DNA of 59,622 bases from Nemertoderma westbladi (Eukaryota > Animalia > Xenacoelomorpha): contig JAUCBJ010006787.1 in assembly GCA_032718475.1 (NCBI GenBank), positions 1-59,622 on the forward strand, read 5' to 3'. Shown piece by piece: positions 1 to 13,000 of the stretch. The first letter of the stretch is position 1, and every line of letters begins with the position of its first letter. Under the pieces are notes generated by a model. That model did no database searches. It was not told where the DNA came from and was given only the letters and a program-made list of their open reading frames with translations. Position numbers and translations under genes: made by a program.

Positions 1-1260
1 GCGCTTTCGAAGACCTTTAGCAGTTTAACCTGCCAAAATTTATATGTCTTTTCGTTAATTAAAACCACTTTAGCATACGACAATAATTTATGCTAATACG
101 CAAAACATTAGCCGAAGTCAGCCCATGCGCGATCATTCACCCGATGGATCTACACCCGGGAGACTGAATTCGGATGCTTGAATTGTATTATTACAGTGTA
201 AGGTTGCAGTGTATACCTAATGTATTATTCGATAGATCGTTAATAATTAATCTCTGACAGATATTATTGGCTTTCGGGAAATATTAACAGTTCCTTTAGG
301 ACGTGGCGCTTTATCTATTTAAACAGAACTAAGACTTATACTAAAACGCAACGATACTGCTTATGATTAAAGTATAAAGCGTATTCTTTAGGAAATACTT
401 TGTTACCAATCACAATCATACACACTATTCTGCCGACAGTCAGTATATTTGATCACACATAAAGAGAGCAGTAATTGACTCACGTAGGGTCTGCTAAATA
501 ACATTGGATTCAATACACACCACATTAATATAAATCGCAATTGTTATATATAGCCGGTCTCTCTAACCTGTAGTGTTATCAAGAAAATTGGGAATTGGGT
601 GATTTATCCGTATTATCCAAATAGCAATATTTCCATCAACAAATATTTACAATTAATAACTGACGGTAAAATAACAGTACAAACAATATGATTAATGAGT
701 TAGTATCAAGATTAGTTAATGAGTATGATTATCAAGTTAAATTAGTTCGTTAAGTTAGGTAACAGTTTATACTTTCGATAATTCAAGCAGTTTACGGTAC
801 AGCAGTATCTATCCAAAAAATGCCGGTGTTTCTGGCTTAGACAGCAATAACAACAAAGTATCAACTCTAAAACAGTAAGACAGAACACTCTCCTTATGAT
901 CGGCAGGAAAGCTACACGTCGACAGGAAAAACCGCCCTGATTGGCCCAAGCCAAACAAAGAACCACGCGGCCAATGGCTGTTTCCATGTCAGCAACCAGC
1001 TGCTAGATGTCGTAATATGAATCATTACGGCTAAGCTGTGAAAGGTGGTTGGTGCATTACAAGTTTTTGTCTTACCATGTCCGCTAAAACACGTATATAG
1101 CAGAATTACTTTTATGTCCGTTAAAACACCTGTAAAGGTACCTTGCGGGCGAGGGGAATATATATACAGTTAGAAAACCTTTTTTAGAGTATTCCAGCGC
1201 CGGGGGGGGGAACTGGCCAGCAAAGGCAAACGTATCAGTTATCCCACAAAAGCTTTTACA
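1..1260 (-). mobile_element. LTR of Bel/Pao family 1 (diverged relative of the 34833-52185 element); left end just outside the window
   Basis: Colinear similarity to LTRs 34833-35972 and 51001-52185 (gaagacctttagcagtttaacctgccaaaatttatatgtc ... ggtaccttgcgggcgagggga ... aaaagcttttaca). Ends in ACA at 1260 and abuts LINE RT sequence, so it is inserted into the LINE. Carries a roughly 80-90 bp insertion near 1165-1240. Confidence 0.9.
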
Positions 1261-3001
1261 AATAGTAATGGGGCTAATGTGTCACCTTTCAGTACGCCAG
1301 CCAGGATTGAGAAAAACTCAGTTTCACCATCTGGTGAGAGTACCTGCGCTTCTGTGTCACAATATAACAATCCCATGCCTGCAACAATTACTTCTGGTAT
1401 TCCATAAGCTCTTAGGATTTCAAGCATTTTACCTCTATGGATGGAGTCGAATGCCTTCTTGAAGTCCACAAAAGTCATGACTGCGGGGAGATTCTTTGAC
1501 TTAATTCCTTCAATCAGTCTCCGTAGTGCAAGTATCTGAGCTATTGTTGATCTACTTGGTCGAAATCCGTTTTGGCTCTTACGCAGTAGTTTCTCTGTGA
1601 GGCATAATCGTATATAGAGTCATTTTATTGTACATTTTGGCAGCTACCACAAGCAGACAGATCCCACGATAGTTTGTTGGTATGCCGAGGTCTCCTTTTT
1701 TGGGGAGAGGCTTTAATTAGCCTTTAGTCCAAATTGGTGGTGGCTTTTCGCCTTTTAACATCCGGTTGCAAATATTCAATAATGGTCTGTTTAGCACTCC
1801 GGTTTTCCATACCTCCACTGGGATTTCATCTAATCCACTCGCTTTATTATTGGACATGCTTTTAATGCTTCTTTGGAGTTCGGCAGGTGTGAAGTCCCCT
1901 GTTTCTATAGGTAGTGTCTTGTCATATATTTTCCTAGTAGGGCTGACATCGATGTTTGGTGGCTGCCCAAGCAAGTTGCTGAAGTGATTTTTCCACTTCC
2001 CAACACGTTCTTCAGGACTATCGGCTTTGTGGCGCCCCTTTGCGCAACTTTTGCGACCAGATACCTCATTTACAGTTTGCCAGGTAAGTCTTGATTGTTG
2101 CTGTATGTGAGCAGTTGTAATTGCTTCAGTTTTATCCTGTATGTACTTTTCCGGGCTGATGTTGTAGGCCAATTTAAGATCGTCCTTAGCTTTCTCAACC
2201 TTGTTAATGTTTTCGGTTGTTGGTTGTTCGGTTTTAACTTTGTAGGCTATCTTAAGATCTTCTCTCTTACAATTGACCTCATAGTTTTGCCATGGCACAT
2301 ACTTTGCTACATTGATACATGGTACATACTTAGGCATATGCCTCTTAGCTGATTCCTTGTGGGCTGTTATTATATTCTGGTATATTGAATTGGTGGATTG
2401 GTCTTCATCCATTGACTGAAGTGCTTCAAAGCGGTTTTGAACTTCTACTGTATAAGCATCCTTTACAGCATTGTCAGTTCTGAGTTTCTCCCAGTCATAT
2501 TTGATTTGCTTGCTTGTCCTGGGTTTGCTGGCTCTCAAACTGTGTCTGATCTCTGCAGTCACAATTCCGTGGTCCGAACCAATTAGGTTGAACGAGGTGT
2601 ATGCCTCGCAGTTGATCATGCTGTTTCTCCACTTTTTGTTTATAAGGATGTAATCCAGTTGTGCTTTGGTTCCATTAGGGTATTGAAAGGTCCATAGCTT
2701 CCCCTTACTCTTTTCGAATGTGTTGTTTGTTGGTATCAATTCACATTCTTCCATTAGGTCTAAAAGTAAGTACCCATTTCTGATAGAACTGGTGTTATAG
2801 GTGTAACCCTTGATGTCTTCTGGGCCAATTTGCGCATTCAGGTCACCAGCAATGACTTTAACATTGTGTTTCGGAATGTCCTTTATAAGTCCAGTCAGAT
2901 CTTCATAAAACTTGACTGCTTGTTCTGGCTCTGAGGCATTGGTTGGACTGTAGCAACATATAACTGTTGCCTTGGGATTCCCATCAAATGTTGCTATCAT
3001 A
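1261..3001 (-). mobile_element. RTE-like LINE fragment (APE endonuclease plus start of RT), decayed and interrupted by the LTR
   Basis: ORF 1717-3000 has APE motifs (YSPT, GDLNA, LDYIL, SDH) and the pre-RT motif KASGLDEIP; 1239-1478 has the RT motif FVDFKKAFDS. Nearly identical to 28456-30915. Confidence 0.93.
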
Positions 3002-3899
3002 ACCGTGGAATTTATAGGACAGACATTTTAGATACACCCAAACATTAAAATTGATAATAAAAATGAAATCACAGACCCCAAAACCCCCATAATGATAATT
3101 TTAGTGAGTTGGTATGAAGCCATAGTGTCAAACATAACTGACCGATTAACAGACTACAGACAGTCAGGTTTGAGCGGGAAGGTTCAAATTTTAAATGCGT
3201 TTTTCTTGAGATTTTGATTTTTGACATTTAGTATTTTTCAAAAGCTATCTCCTCCGCCATTTTTTAACCAAATTTCTCAATTTTTCTTTTAAATGGATGG
3301 TATTTGTATGTAGAATGATAAATTTTGAGCATATTTTTAAATTTGACTTTTGGCATTGGCTATTTTTCGGAAAAAATATAATTATTTGCATATTTTAAAG
3401 AAAAAAATAAAATAAAAAATTCTGCTCGAATTTTTTTATGCAATCGACCCTCCTCTATCCGAAAAATCAAGTTTCAGAAAGTTCTGATCAAAACTGCGGG
3501 AGAATATGCGTTTTTAGTGAAAAACCACATGTTCGCCATGGCCGCTAGGGGGCGCATTAATTTCACAATTTTTCAGGATGTATCTCATCTTTCACTAACT
3601 TTTGGGGTTAGGAAGAAATTTTTTCGACTAACCATTACCCATTACCCATTGCCCAGCAAACCAAATAGTAGAATGGAAATTATAAGCATGGATAAGAATG
3701 AATGGTCGCTTCTGTCCTAAAGATTGAAAGGCCCTCGGATTACCAGATAAGGGTGGTGTTTCTCGAGTGGTCGAGGAGGGGAAAGATAAATCCTTTTGGA
3801 AATCCTTTTGGTGAATGATGTCGATGAATTTGGTGAATGAGGTCGATGAATTTAGTGATATGATAATAAGAATCATCTAGACAGACAACGAGTGATACA

Positions 3900-6420
3900 A
3901 GGAAATGGAAAATCCTCAAGGAACAGGAACGCGAAAGGGAGAATGACATAATCCGACAATGTAACCTATACTGTGGTCCCCCACAGGTCGATATGCAACA
4001 ACAGTATATTGGTACAGTAAAGTTTGCTCCCGAGTCTGGGGTAATAGGCCTGGTATAGGAACAAGAGGAGGCACAACCCTCCCTTGTACAGATTAGTGCG
4101 CCAGTTACTGGGCGAATGCTAGTCTTCGACTTCTCAAAAACCCAACGGGACATTATATGGAGAAAATGCCTACCGGAAACTGTTACCAGACTACTGATGA
4201 CCGGCCAGATAATAAAAATCGTTTCAGGAATCGGCGCGGACCTCCTACGAGACTTTAGCAAAGGTTGTCTCCCCCATAACCCCGGTAGTAGATGTACAGA
4301 AATTGGTCTATACGTCGATCAAAACTAAACTCTACAGCAAGGAAATGATTGACTTAGCGGCCCCCCGGGATGACGATATTAACAAGGATGACTACAAAGT
4401 TGGAACGGGGATGATGGCATATATCCTAGGGAGGGGGGGGGGGACATGAAACCTCACTATGGGGGGAAAACAGCCACCGTCAGACAGAAATACAGCCGTA
4501 AATACCATGGCCGCCAACCTTCCCTGGGAAGACGAACTCCGGTCCCTTTGGAAGATATACGACATGAGTAAAATCCTAAGATGATACATCACCAAGCATA
4601 TTACTTACAAACTGAAATTCTAGTACTGGGCGGCTTCATATTCCAATTTATTAAGGATATGGTGTTAAAACACCCTGAATGCTTTGATATCCTAAACAAC
4701 GTGACCCGTAAACACCTCGCTTCCTCCGTCCTACACGGCTTCATGGGCTATGAAACCTTAGCACAGTGGATAGTGCTACCAGTCTGGGAAAGCAGGAGTA
4801 ATATCTGGGATATCGCGGAAAACAAAGTAGCATTAGCGTCGCAACAACTACTGCATAACGAACCAGCAGTAAACGACGCAGTCAGACATTCAGTCCATGG
4901 GCATAGGCCTAAACAGCCTCAACCCAAATACATCCTGATAAAACCAGCCCCAAAGTCAAATCCTGACAAAGGACAGTTCGTGGTACAGCGGTCGGTGCGT
5001 ACCCGTATAGCTGCTATCTGAGCCTCCCGCGGCGAGAGCTCTGACGACACGAGGCGAGGAGGGAACCGCAATCTTCTAAGAGACGTCACGGCATCTTGTT
5101 AGAAGAGGAAAACCTCCCCTCTACGAGCGTGGGCCTACACCAGTCATCTAAACGGACTCGTGGGCCAGAGGTTGAGCCACCGTGGGAACCAGAGACACAT
5201 CCTATAACCTCTATCCAGCGGACTATAACCCAGGAGTTGCCGTGGAAAGCACTGGAGATCGACATACCCACCAATTTCGATCGCCCGGAGCTACGGAGAA
5301 TAAGTGCATTACCAGAACTCGACATCTACTATGATATCCCGGAATGCTACGGATTTCTGAAGTTAATTTTCCGGTTCCAGGATATATGCCTAACGGCTCA
5401 CCGCACCAGTATAAACCGGACATCGGAGAGGATGATACCTGGGTCCCTCCCGCCGTTGTCCTCGCAAACTTTGTCTACCCACAACCGGAAATGTTGGCTG
5501 ATGGCACTGTTACAAATAGAGACTATGCGGAATCGATAAACCCCATCAATATTCGAACCACCTTCAACGAGTTTCAGGTAACGGTCACCCAACCAGTCGA
5601 GTGGGAGGAGGAGGTCCCCAACCTCCAACTTCCCATGGAGGGGGCAACGGAAAGGACCCTAAACTTCACCAAACCTTACAAGAAAAAATCCACAAGGCCA
5701 GGGAAACTCGGTTGTCTAAACTCAATAAGATCTATAAGATGCAGATGATGGAAGGGATCGCCCAGAAGGCCCCTATGGTTCGCAGAACATACTGCAAACT
5801 AAACACGTTGACACCGCTTCCCCTCGGCCACTATTGCACCATTTGCGGCAACAGGGAGAACTTCTGCAAACCTCCGGGCGAGGAACCCCATCAAAAGGGA
5901 AAACCGGAGGTCAAAATCCCTGGCGCGTGTACATGGGTGAAGTTGGGAATGGTTCCCTTCTGTTCTTGGAGCAAAATCCGGGGACACAACACCGCCTGCT
6001 GCCCGATATGCTCACTCAGTGCGAAAGTTTCGCGCTGCGAGGTCACCACTTGAAGGCTATGGCCTCAAAGAACCGAGAGTGTTGGGCCGACCTTCCGATA
6101 ACGGAACAGATACGGCGATACGAGGAACTTGAGTATCTCGCGAATCTCCATTCGACTCAAATGGAGATTGGAGAAAGCGGGTACAAATGAGCATTACGAT
6201 ATCCGACACGGCATATTCACCTTCCCCACCAACCCTTGCAACTTCGCAATGAGACGATACGATACCCCCGACCAATATCGTTTCACCTACAAAGCGCTTA
6301 TGCGCAAGGCCACACACCCTGAAGTCGGGCCGATAGCCATACAAACGTGGCTACTCCAATATATACCTGGACAACCCTGGGTTTGGTTAACCGACGGAAT
6401 GGCGACCGATTGGGAAATGA
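3900..6420 (+). pseudogene. Accessory gene copy 1: DEDDy-like 3'-5' exonuclease plus CCHC zinc knuckles (frameshifted, orphaned from gag-pol)
   Basis: Manual translation across stops/frameshifts: GVIGLV*E (ExoI position, 4038-4061), PSLVQISA, LPETVTRLL..IIKIVSGIGADL (ExoII), VVDVQ, KVGTGMMA, DMKP, HHQAYYLQTE (ExoIII), then CTICGNREN, CSWSKIRGHNTACCP, QCESFALRGHH. Same motif order as copies 2-4. Confidence 0.75.
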
Positions 6421-7404
6421 ACTATATTCCCCATCCTGGGGCCGTGATTCCCACGGACACCGGAGTCGAAACCGGATCGGCAGTTCCTGCTAGAAAGTAT
6501 CCGATGGAAAACGGATACCTCCAATCTGGAATGGGCCGATCTTCTCGAACCGGACGATATGGAGGAGGGATAGAGGCTTGTGTCCCGAGCCGCACCGAGG
6601 TTACAGGGCCCATTCCTTTCCTCGGAAGGGTTTTGGGCTTATGTGATGCTCGGAGCGAGGAGGGAAGCAAGCCATGGGGGAGCTACGGAACCCCTCGAAG
6701 CGCGGCTAGCCGATGATCGATACAATTCTTTCTCGATAAACTATAGAGATAAACTCTTGTCGAAGGAAAACAAACTCATTATCGATACTAAAGAACCTTG
6801 GCTCCATTCTATCTCGAAAACAAACTCGATAATCCTGACGATGGGAGTAAAGATCAACCCCAACTTGCCTTTCTGAACTCATTCTGTATCACACAAACTC
6901 GATAATGAGTCAGAACCCGATCACGTCATATGAACCTGGCGACACCATTGACCAGGCCGAGTCATATTATTTAGGACCATACCCTTTATATATAAAATCG
7001 TTTGCTTCTATATAGTTCCCTACGTGGAACAAGGCAATAACAAGATTTGTCGCGTTTGTGTGAAAGAAATTAATTTTATAATTACAATTTATGGATTACC
7101 TCTGGGAAAAGAGGGAATTATTGTTTGGTGTATTTAAATAACTTCAAACAGAAACCGCGTATATTTTTTGGTCAACATTTTTTTGCAGGCAACAGTACAT
7201 CATGCTGTGCAGTTATTTTTTAGGACATCAAAATATATTTTTCAAAATCCTGGCTCAAAATCTTTCTTTATGACCAATTTTTTCCAAGTTTGCCATGGGG
7301 GGAGTGAAATCGATTTTTCGCGCCTCCGTAGGCAAACGTACAAAATACACTTCATCAGGACTCTGATTTTAATAATAAAATAATTATAATATAATTATTC
7401 CCCC

Positions 7405-8140
7405 TGGGATGGGTATGGATCTGGAACCACGCATAGTGGGGCGTGGTGAAAGGGTGGAGGATAAGTAGAAAAATACCGCTGATAGATGAGTCAGGAGGAG
7501 AAGCAACATCAAGAGAGTGGATGGAGGAGAATGGGTTCGATGCACAGGAGCTAGAGGCGATGGGATGGAACATAAATGTTCCTGGCGAGTATCGGTATGA
7601 GGATGAAGAATAGTGGACTGCGAGATGTCCAGAGAGATATCTGGAAAAGACGCCAGTCCAATTAAGAAGCATACCGATAAGGAAGAGGTCGAATAAGAAG
7701 ACAAGGTGGAAGGGGAGATGATGTAAGAAGGTTAATGGAAATAGGAAAGTTAGAGGAGATGTGTTGCACATGAAGCTGGCAGAGTGCAAGGAGGCATTAA
7801 ATGGTAAGCCATTATGCGTACCGAAGGATGACCAAGGGTCATCGGGGGCTTTAACGCCGGCACACACATATTGAGGGGGAGACCAGCAGAGGTGACATGT
7901 ACCAGTGAGGATGACATGAATGACGGCATTCTACCGCCAAGTGATGATAAGATGAAGGGTGGCATTTTGCTGCCAGGGGACCATGAGGAAATCAGTGAGG
8001 TGGAGGAGAAAGGAAGGTCCATTCAAAGAGAGTTGGAATTGACAAGGAGAGTGGGGTGAAGAACAAGAGGACCTACAGGGGGACAGTGGGAGAGTTGCCT
8101 GCTGGAAGAATCGCCCGTAGGTTGTTAAGTCGCCCAATAT
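7405..8140 (+). pseudogene. Degenerate 3' end of a Bel/Pao integrase (element A, family 2)
   Basis: Reads GWNINVPG and LAECKEALNGKPL..GALTPAHILRGR, matching the Bel/Pao integrase C-terminal pattern (compare MEEIAAYLNERPL..EALTPAHYL in ORF 40885-44907). The downstream spacer is homologous to 14270-15233. Confidence 0.75.
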
Positions 8141-8319
8141 ATTGGACTGAGGGGGTTGGAATGAGGGCGAGATGCCCTACCCACACATAAAATAAAAATA
8201 AAATAAGCAAAATAATAAAATAAGTAGTTAGTACCAAGGTAAGCAGTAGGCATAATATGCTAGTGTAGGTAGTTACAATTATGTACGTCAGACGGGTACA
8301 ATAATGTACCAACGTACCT

Positions 8320-8722
8320 AATTTACATACGCACTACTTGTGGGCACTGATGGCGCCATGTGACGAACTGAGGGTGGGTATGTACGCATACCGTAGTTGA
8401 GGGGTACACAGTGCCGTAAAACTTGTGGGCACTGAGGGCGCAAGTGAGGAATAGGGGGGTATGTACGCATACAGTAGTAGAAGGGTACACAGTACCTTAA
8501 AACTTATGGGCACTGAGGGCGCCACATGAGGAATTGAGGGGGGGGGGGGGTATGTACGCATACCGTAGTTGAGGGGTAAACAGTACTGTAAAACTTGTGG
8601 GCACTGTGGGTGCCACATGAGGAATTGGGGGGTATGTACGCATACCGCAGTAGAAGGGTACACAGTACCGTAAAACTTGTGAGCACTGAGGGCGCCACGT
8701 GAGGAATTGAGGGGGGGTATCA
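8320..8722. repeat. ~82-bp minisatellite (about 4.5 units) in the post-pol spacer of element A
   Basis: Unit ggtatgtacgcataccgtagttgaggggtacacagtaccgtaaaacttgtgggcactgagggcgccacatgaggaattga; atgtacgcata recurs at 8380, 8461, 8552 and 8634. Confidence 0.92.
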
Positions 8723-9579
8723 TATGGCAGATAGGATAATAGCACAGGTAGGGGGGAATATAGACAGAATAAATTTAGGGTAAATTGACACATAAGGGGA
8801 ATATTTGTACGAAATAGGAAGAACAAGATAAGAAGAAGGGCCATCACTGATTTAAACTAATCAAGACCATACTTAGTTATCTCTTACCATCCTAAGCCTT
8901 TCCAAGGCACCACCAGTCTGGTGAGAGAGGAGAATTGTGATGGCGGAGAAGACATGAAACGGGCGAGACCGGGAGTGATGAGTCATATGACCTCTGAGAG
9001 GGGGGGGGGGGGGGGGGTTGGGGGGTTAAGAAACGTCATGTAGACGAATGTATAATATACATACTATAGTCAAGTACAACCTTTTTCCAATTAGCTACTG
9101 GGACTGGGGACTAATAGAGTAGAACAGCTTTAGACCGATCTCACTGACATGATGTACACATGCGTGGGACCCGATAAGAGTGTGGAGAGTGACAACGAAA
9201 ATTGGGGAATGGGGGAAGTATGGGGAGGAGGTGCTAGGGTGTGAGGAAGTGAAAGAAGTGCGAGATTCAAGTGTGGGGAGCGAGTATAGAGGAGGATGAG
9301 TCCCAAGGGACTGGTGAGACAAAGGGACAACAAAGTCCGCGAGGAAAATTGTGTGAGGAGTGAGGGCAATCATCTTAAACAGAGACACCAGATACCTTGG
9401 TACAACATAGCTCGCAGATGTACCAAGGATGGGTAGTGACAATAGACCCATGGGGGGCCGGCCTGGAAAGCCGACCCCGAGAAGAAAATTCCACCCCACA
9501 TCCGATATTAGATTGGAATCCAGCGGAATTGAAGTGCACTTATGGTTGATATGCTATCTTCTCACCGGGAAGATAGCAT

Positions 9580-9588
9580 GGGGGGGAG
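9580..9588 (+). other. Polypurine tract of element A
   Basis: GGGGGGGAG immediately 5' of the TGTAAGCGG LTR start defined by the solo LTR at 24951. Confidence 0.8.
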
Positions 9589-10075
9589 TGTAAGCGGATT
9601 CAATTCCGTGCACTACCCACCGAAAATGGGATTAGTGGCATTTTACCAATATAGTTGGTGAGGTGAGATTACCAATAATAATCTCACCTCATAATCAACT
9701 GGGGGGGCGACACACGCCATAAGCCACAGAAAGGAGGTGAGAGGTCAAACCACCTCAGAGGGAGAAACAAGCTAGTGAGCCTAGCACGAGGGATATCGGG
9801 AACAGGGAGTGAGTGGCGAGGTGACAATTAATCAGGTTAAGCCAATAGTGGGCGGGAAAGCACATTGGGGGTGAATAGAGCCCATCTATTGGATATTAAG
9901 GCCGCCCTGTAGTGTAGGACTAATGTAATATTATGTGTCAATGATATAACCATTATGATTACTAATTACTGATTTGGTTGGTTCTCCTTATAGTTGTGGA
10001 ACCGGAATAGTTTTGACCATCGTCACTAACCACTGTATTGCATGTTATTATATTCAGACTGTGCTATTATCGATT
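9589..10075 (+). mobile_element. LTR of Bel/Pao family 2 (3' end deleted)
   Basis: Starts tgtaagcggattcaattccg, identical to the solo LTR at 24951; colinear similarity (agaggtcaaaccacctc etc.) fades near 10075, where gag-like sequence begins. Confidence 0.82.
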
Positions 10076-10079
10076 ACTT

Positions 10080-13000
10080 CCATTAAGGAAGGAGAACAGT
10101 AGAGTTCATCTGGGAGGTCGATACGATACCTCATGAACATAGATATAACGCCGAAAGCGGAAGATGCAAGGAGGAACGAGGAGATGTTGCTATGGGCAAT
10201 CAGAGATGTCGAGTTAGGACGGACAGCAAACCGTCGATGCTTGAACTAGAGAGGGAGGGCCGGTAGGGTTGTATGTTGGGACATTGCCTTCGCCCCGGAG
10301 AAACACAGCCTGGCAAAATATAGCACACACCAGGAGGGGGTATAGAGTGTACTGGGACGAGGAGGATGAGAGAAGAAGGGATTGAAAGGGAAACTTTCCG
10401 TCGGAACATAGCTGCTGATTGATGATATGGTAGTCATGGGGAGGAGTACTCGGAAAATTCGAGAAGATTAAACTTCGATCCGGAGGAACACATCCAGACT
10501 GCAGGACATACTGTAGGCCTTTCTGCACATACTATAGGTCATGCTGGAAGAGATAGTATAAGCGATAGGGTAGCGCGAATGCTGGGATTGGACCCGGAGT
10601 TCGCAGCTTACATACCGGTGAGTAGGCAGGAACCTGCTAGGCCTATATGGTACCTGCACACAAGTATGACTATAATATGCATGGATATAACACATACCCA
10701 GTGGAAGGGGGGAGGGGGTATTGCAGATAGGCAGGTATTGCATGGGCCCCAATTGCATTGGCCTTAGATAGTGAATTTGGCTATCCTGCAAAGATTATCC
10801 GACAAACCTTAAGGGGAATAACATCAGGTGGACTCGCGGACAACCCTTTTAGTATCAAAACCTTAAAACAAAGTAGAAAAGGTGTTTATAGTCTTAAAGA
10901 CGCTAGAAGCGCCATACGAACTCAATGCTTTGAATAACATCACAACCATAACGCAGGCACTACTTTAACCAGATCAGTAGTCTGGTTAAGGTACAAATGG
11001 AGAAAGATCACTTTCTCTACTTTAGAGAAGAAAGATGCAGAGCCGGAGTTGGAGGAGATGTCGAACTTCCTTAACTACGAGGTGGAGTTGTTAACAGATC
11101 CAGTTTACAGTGAGCACAGTTTAGGCAAAGTACTGAAAACGGAATACAGCTGACCTAAACTGGAACATAGTGCCGCGAATACTCTTCCGAAAGTGAGGCA
11201 GTCGCTACCGTATGCGGCCACACAGTGGACTACAAGTCCACAGAGCCCTGGGAATATAGCCACATCGTGGCAGGGACAGAGACAAAACAATAACAGCCTT
11301 AGATATAAACCTAATGCCCCCAGTAGGCCGAGTCCAAACAACCAAAACACTAAACTGCTTGATATGAATCTAAACACGATACACGATGCGCTATATAAGG
11401 AACTCTACAATCCCGATTACAAATGTCAATTGCATAGAAGAGGGACGCATAAGACCATAAACTGTAAGCATTGGCAGGCGTTACTTAAACAAGACCAAAT
11501 AGTTTATACTGGAAAATTTGGACTATGTCACCGATGTGTGGTAGGAGGACACAAGAAGGATGAATATGAAGAACGTCCGATTAAGTATGCCGAGACTGAC
11601 AGAACTGGGGGAACTGGAGACAATGGCGATGAGCACCATGGAAATAAGGAGGAAGGGAACAGTACTACTCGGAGTAGTACCATTAAGAATGATTGGAGAA
11701 AACGGACTATCGATTACAACGCTAATGTTAGTCGATAGTGGAGCAGCGTTCACGCTAATGGAGAGTTAGGTGGCCGAGAAAATAGGATTGAAGACCAGGC
11801 CAAGTAAAATGGCGGTGATGACAATATCAAGCAAGGACGATGTCATGAAGATGAGGATGGGATGGTGTGAAATCGGAGCAATAACACTAGGGTGCAAATT
11901 ACGGGGCTACCATCGAACCCATCCAAATAATGGAGTCGATTAAAATCAACGCCAGGTGACCTACAAAGATCGAGATCGAAAAATATCGGTAACTCAATGG
12001 CATCAACTTCTCCGTGCCCGAACTAGATGTCCCGAAAGTCACTCTCATACTCGGCATGGATTGTCTGACGGCCCATGAGAGGCTACAAACCATATTTGGC
12101 GACGTCAGAGAGTGAGACCTGGTGGCCATTCTGACACCATTCGGATGGACTCTCAGTGGCCCAATAAAGACGAGGATCCCGTTTAGCATATCTGAATCTT
12201 CAGGGTGCATGTTCGCGGGAACGATGAGAGAGATGAAGGATGAAGGGGCGGAGGAACAACTCAAAAGGCTGATACAGCATGATTTTGAGGGGTTAAAGGA
12301 GACCAGGGTAGGAACCTTGGTAGAGGACAAACAGGCGCAGGAGAGCATCAGGAGGAAGTGTGACGGGGGGGGGGGGGGGGGGTGGAATACCATAGGAATG
12401 GTATGGAAGGAGCCGAAGGTACCCCTACCAAACAATCCAAAACTAATCCCAACTAACATCCAAACTACCAAACCATTGGCATCTGCCAAGACAAATGGCA
12501 AAAGCTTAAACAATTACCTACTAGAAGGCCCCAATATTTACAACTCGGTGATAGAAGTTCCTGTTGAGGTTTAGAAATGGAAAACACTCCTTCATGTGCG
12601 ACATCGAGGGCATGTTTAACCAAGTGCGGGTAACTGAGGAGGATAGCGATAGTCAACGCTTCCTTTGGTACAACAGTGACGAAGAACTGTCAGATATACC
12701 AATGTACAAGATGGTGTTACAGAATATGGGGGCCAACTCATCCTCAATCACCACAACTACGGCCATAAGAGATACAGTGGAGGGCAATGAGGGGGAGTAT
12801 AGCAGAGAGGCGATTGATATGATTCCACATGGGTTCTACGTGGATGATGTGATGGGTTCTTGCAACTCCATTGAGGAGTTCATCGAGATGGGGCATGAAG
12901 TTTGTGACATCCTGAAGAAATCGGGATTCAACTTGACGAAGTTCCAGTCAAACTCAAAGGAATTCATGGAAGCCATAGAGGATAAACAACCGGAGGTAAA

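Noticed and set aside
8334-8847. Overlapping minus-strand ORFs
   Set aside because: Translations of the 82-bp minisatellite.
8995-9025. Poly-G run as a PPT or G-quadruplex signal
   Set aside because: The PPT/LTR junction is at 9580-9589; long G/C runs are scattered through the window and their lengths may be unreliable.
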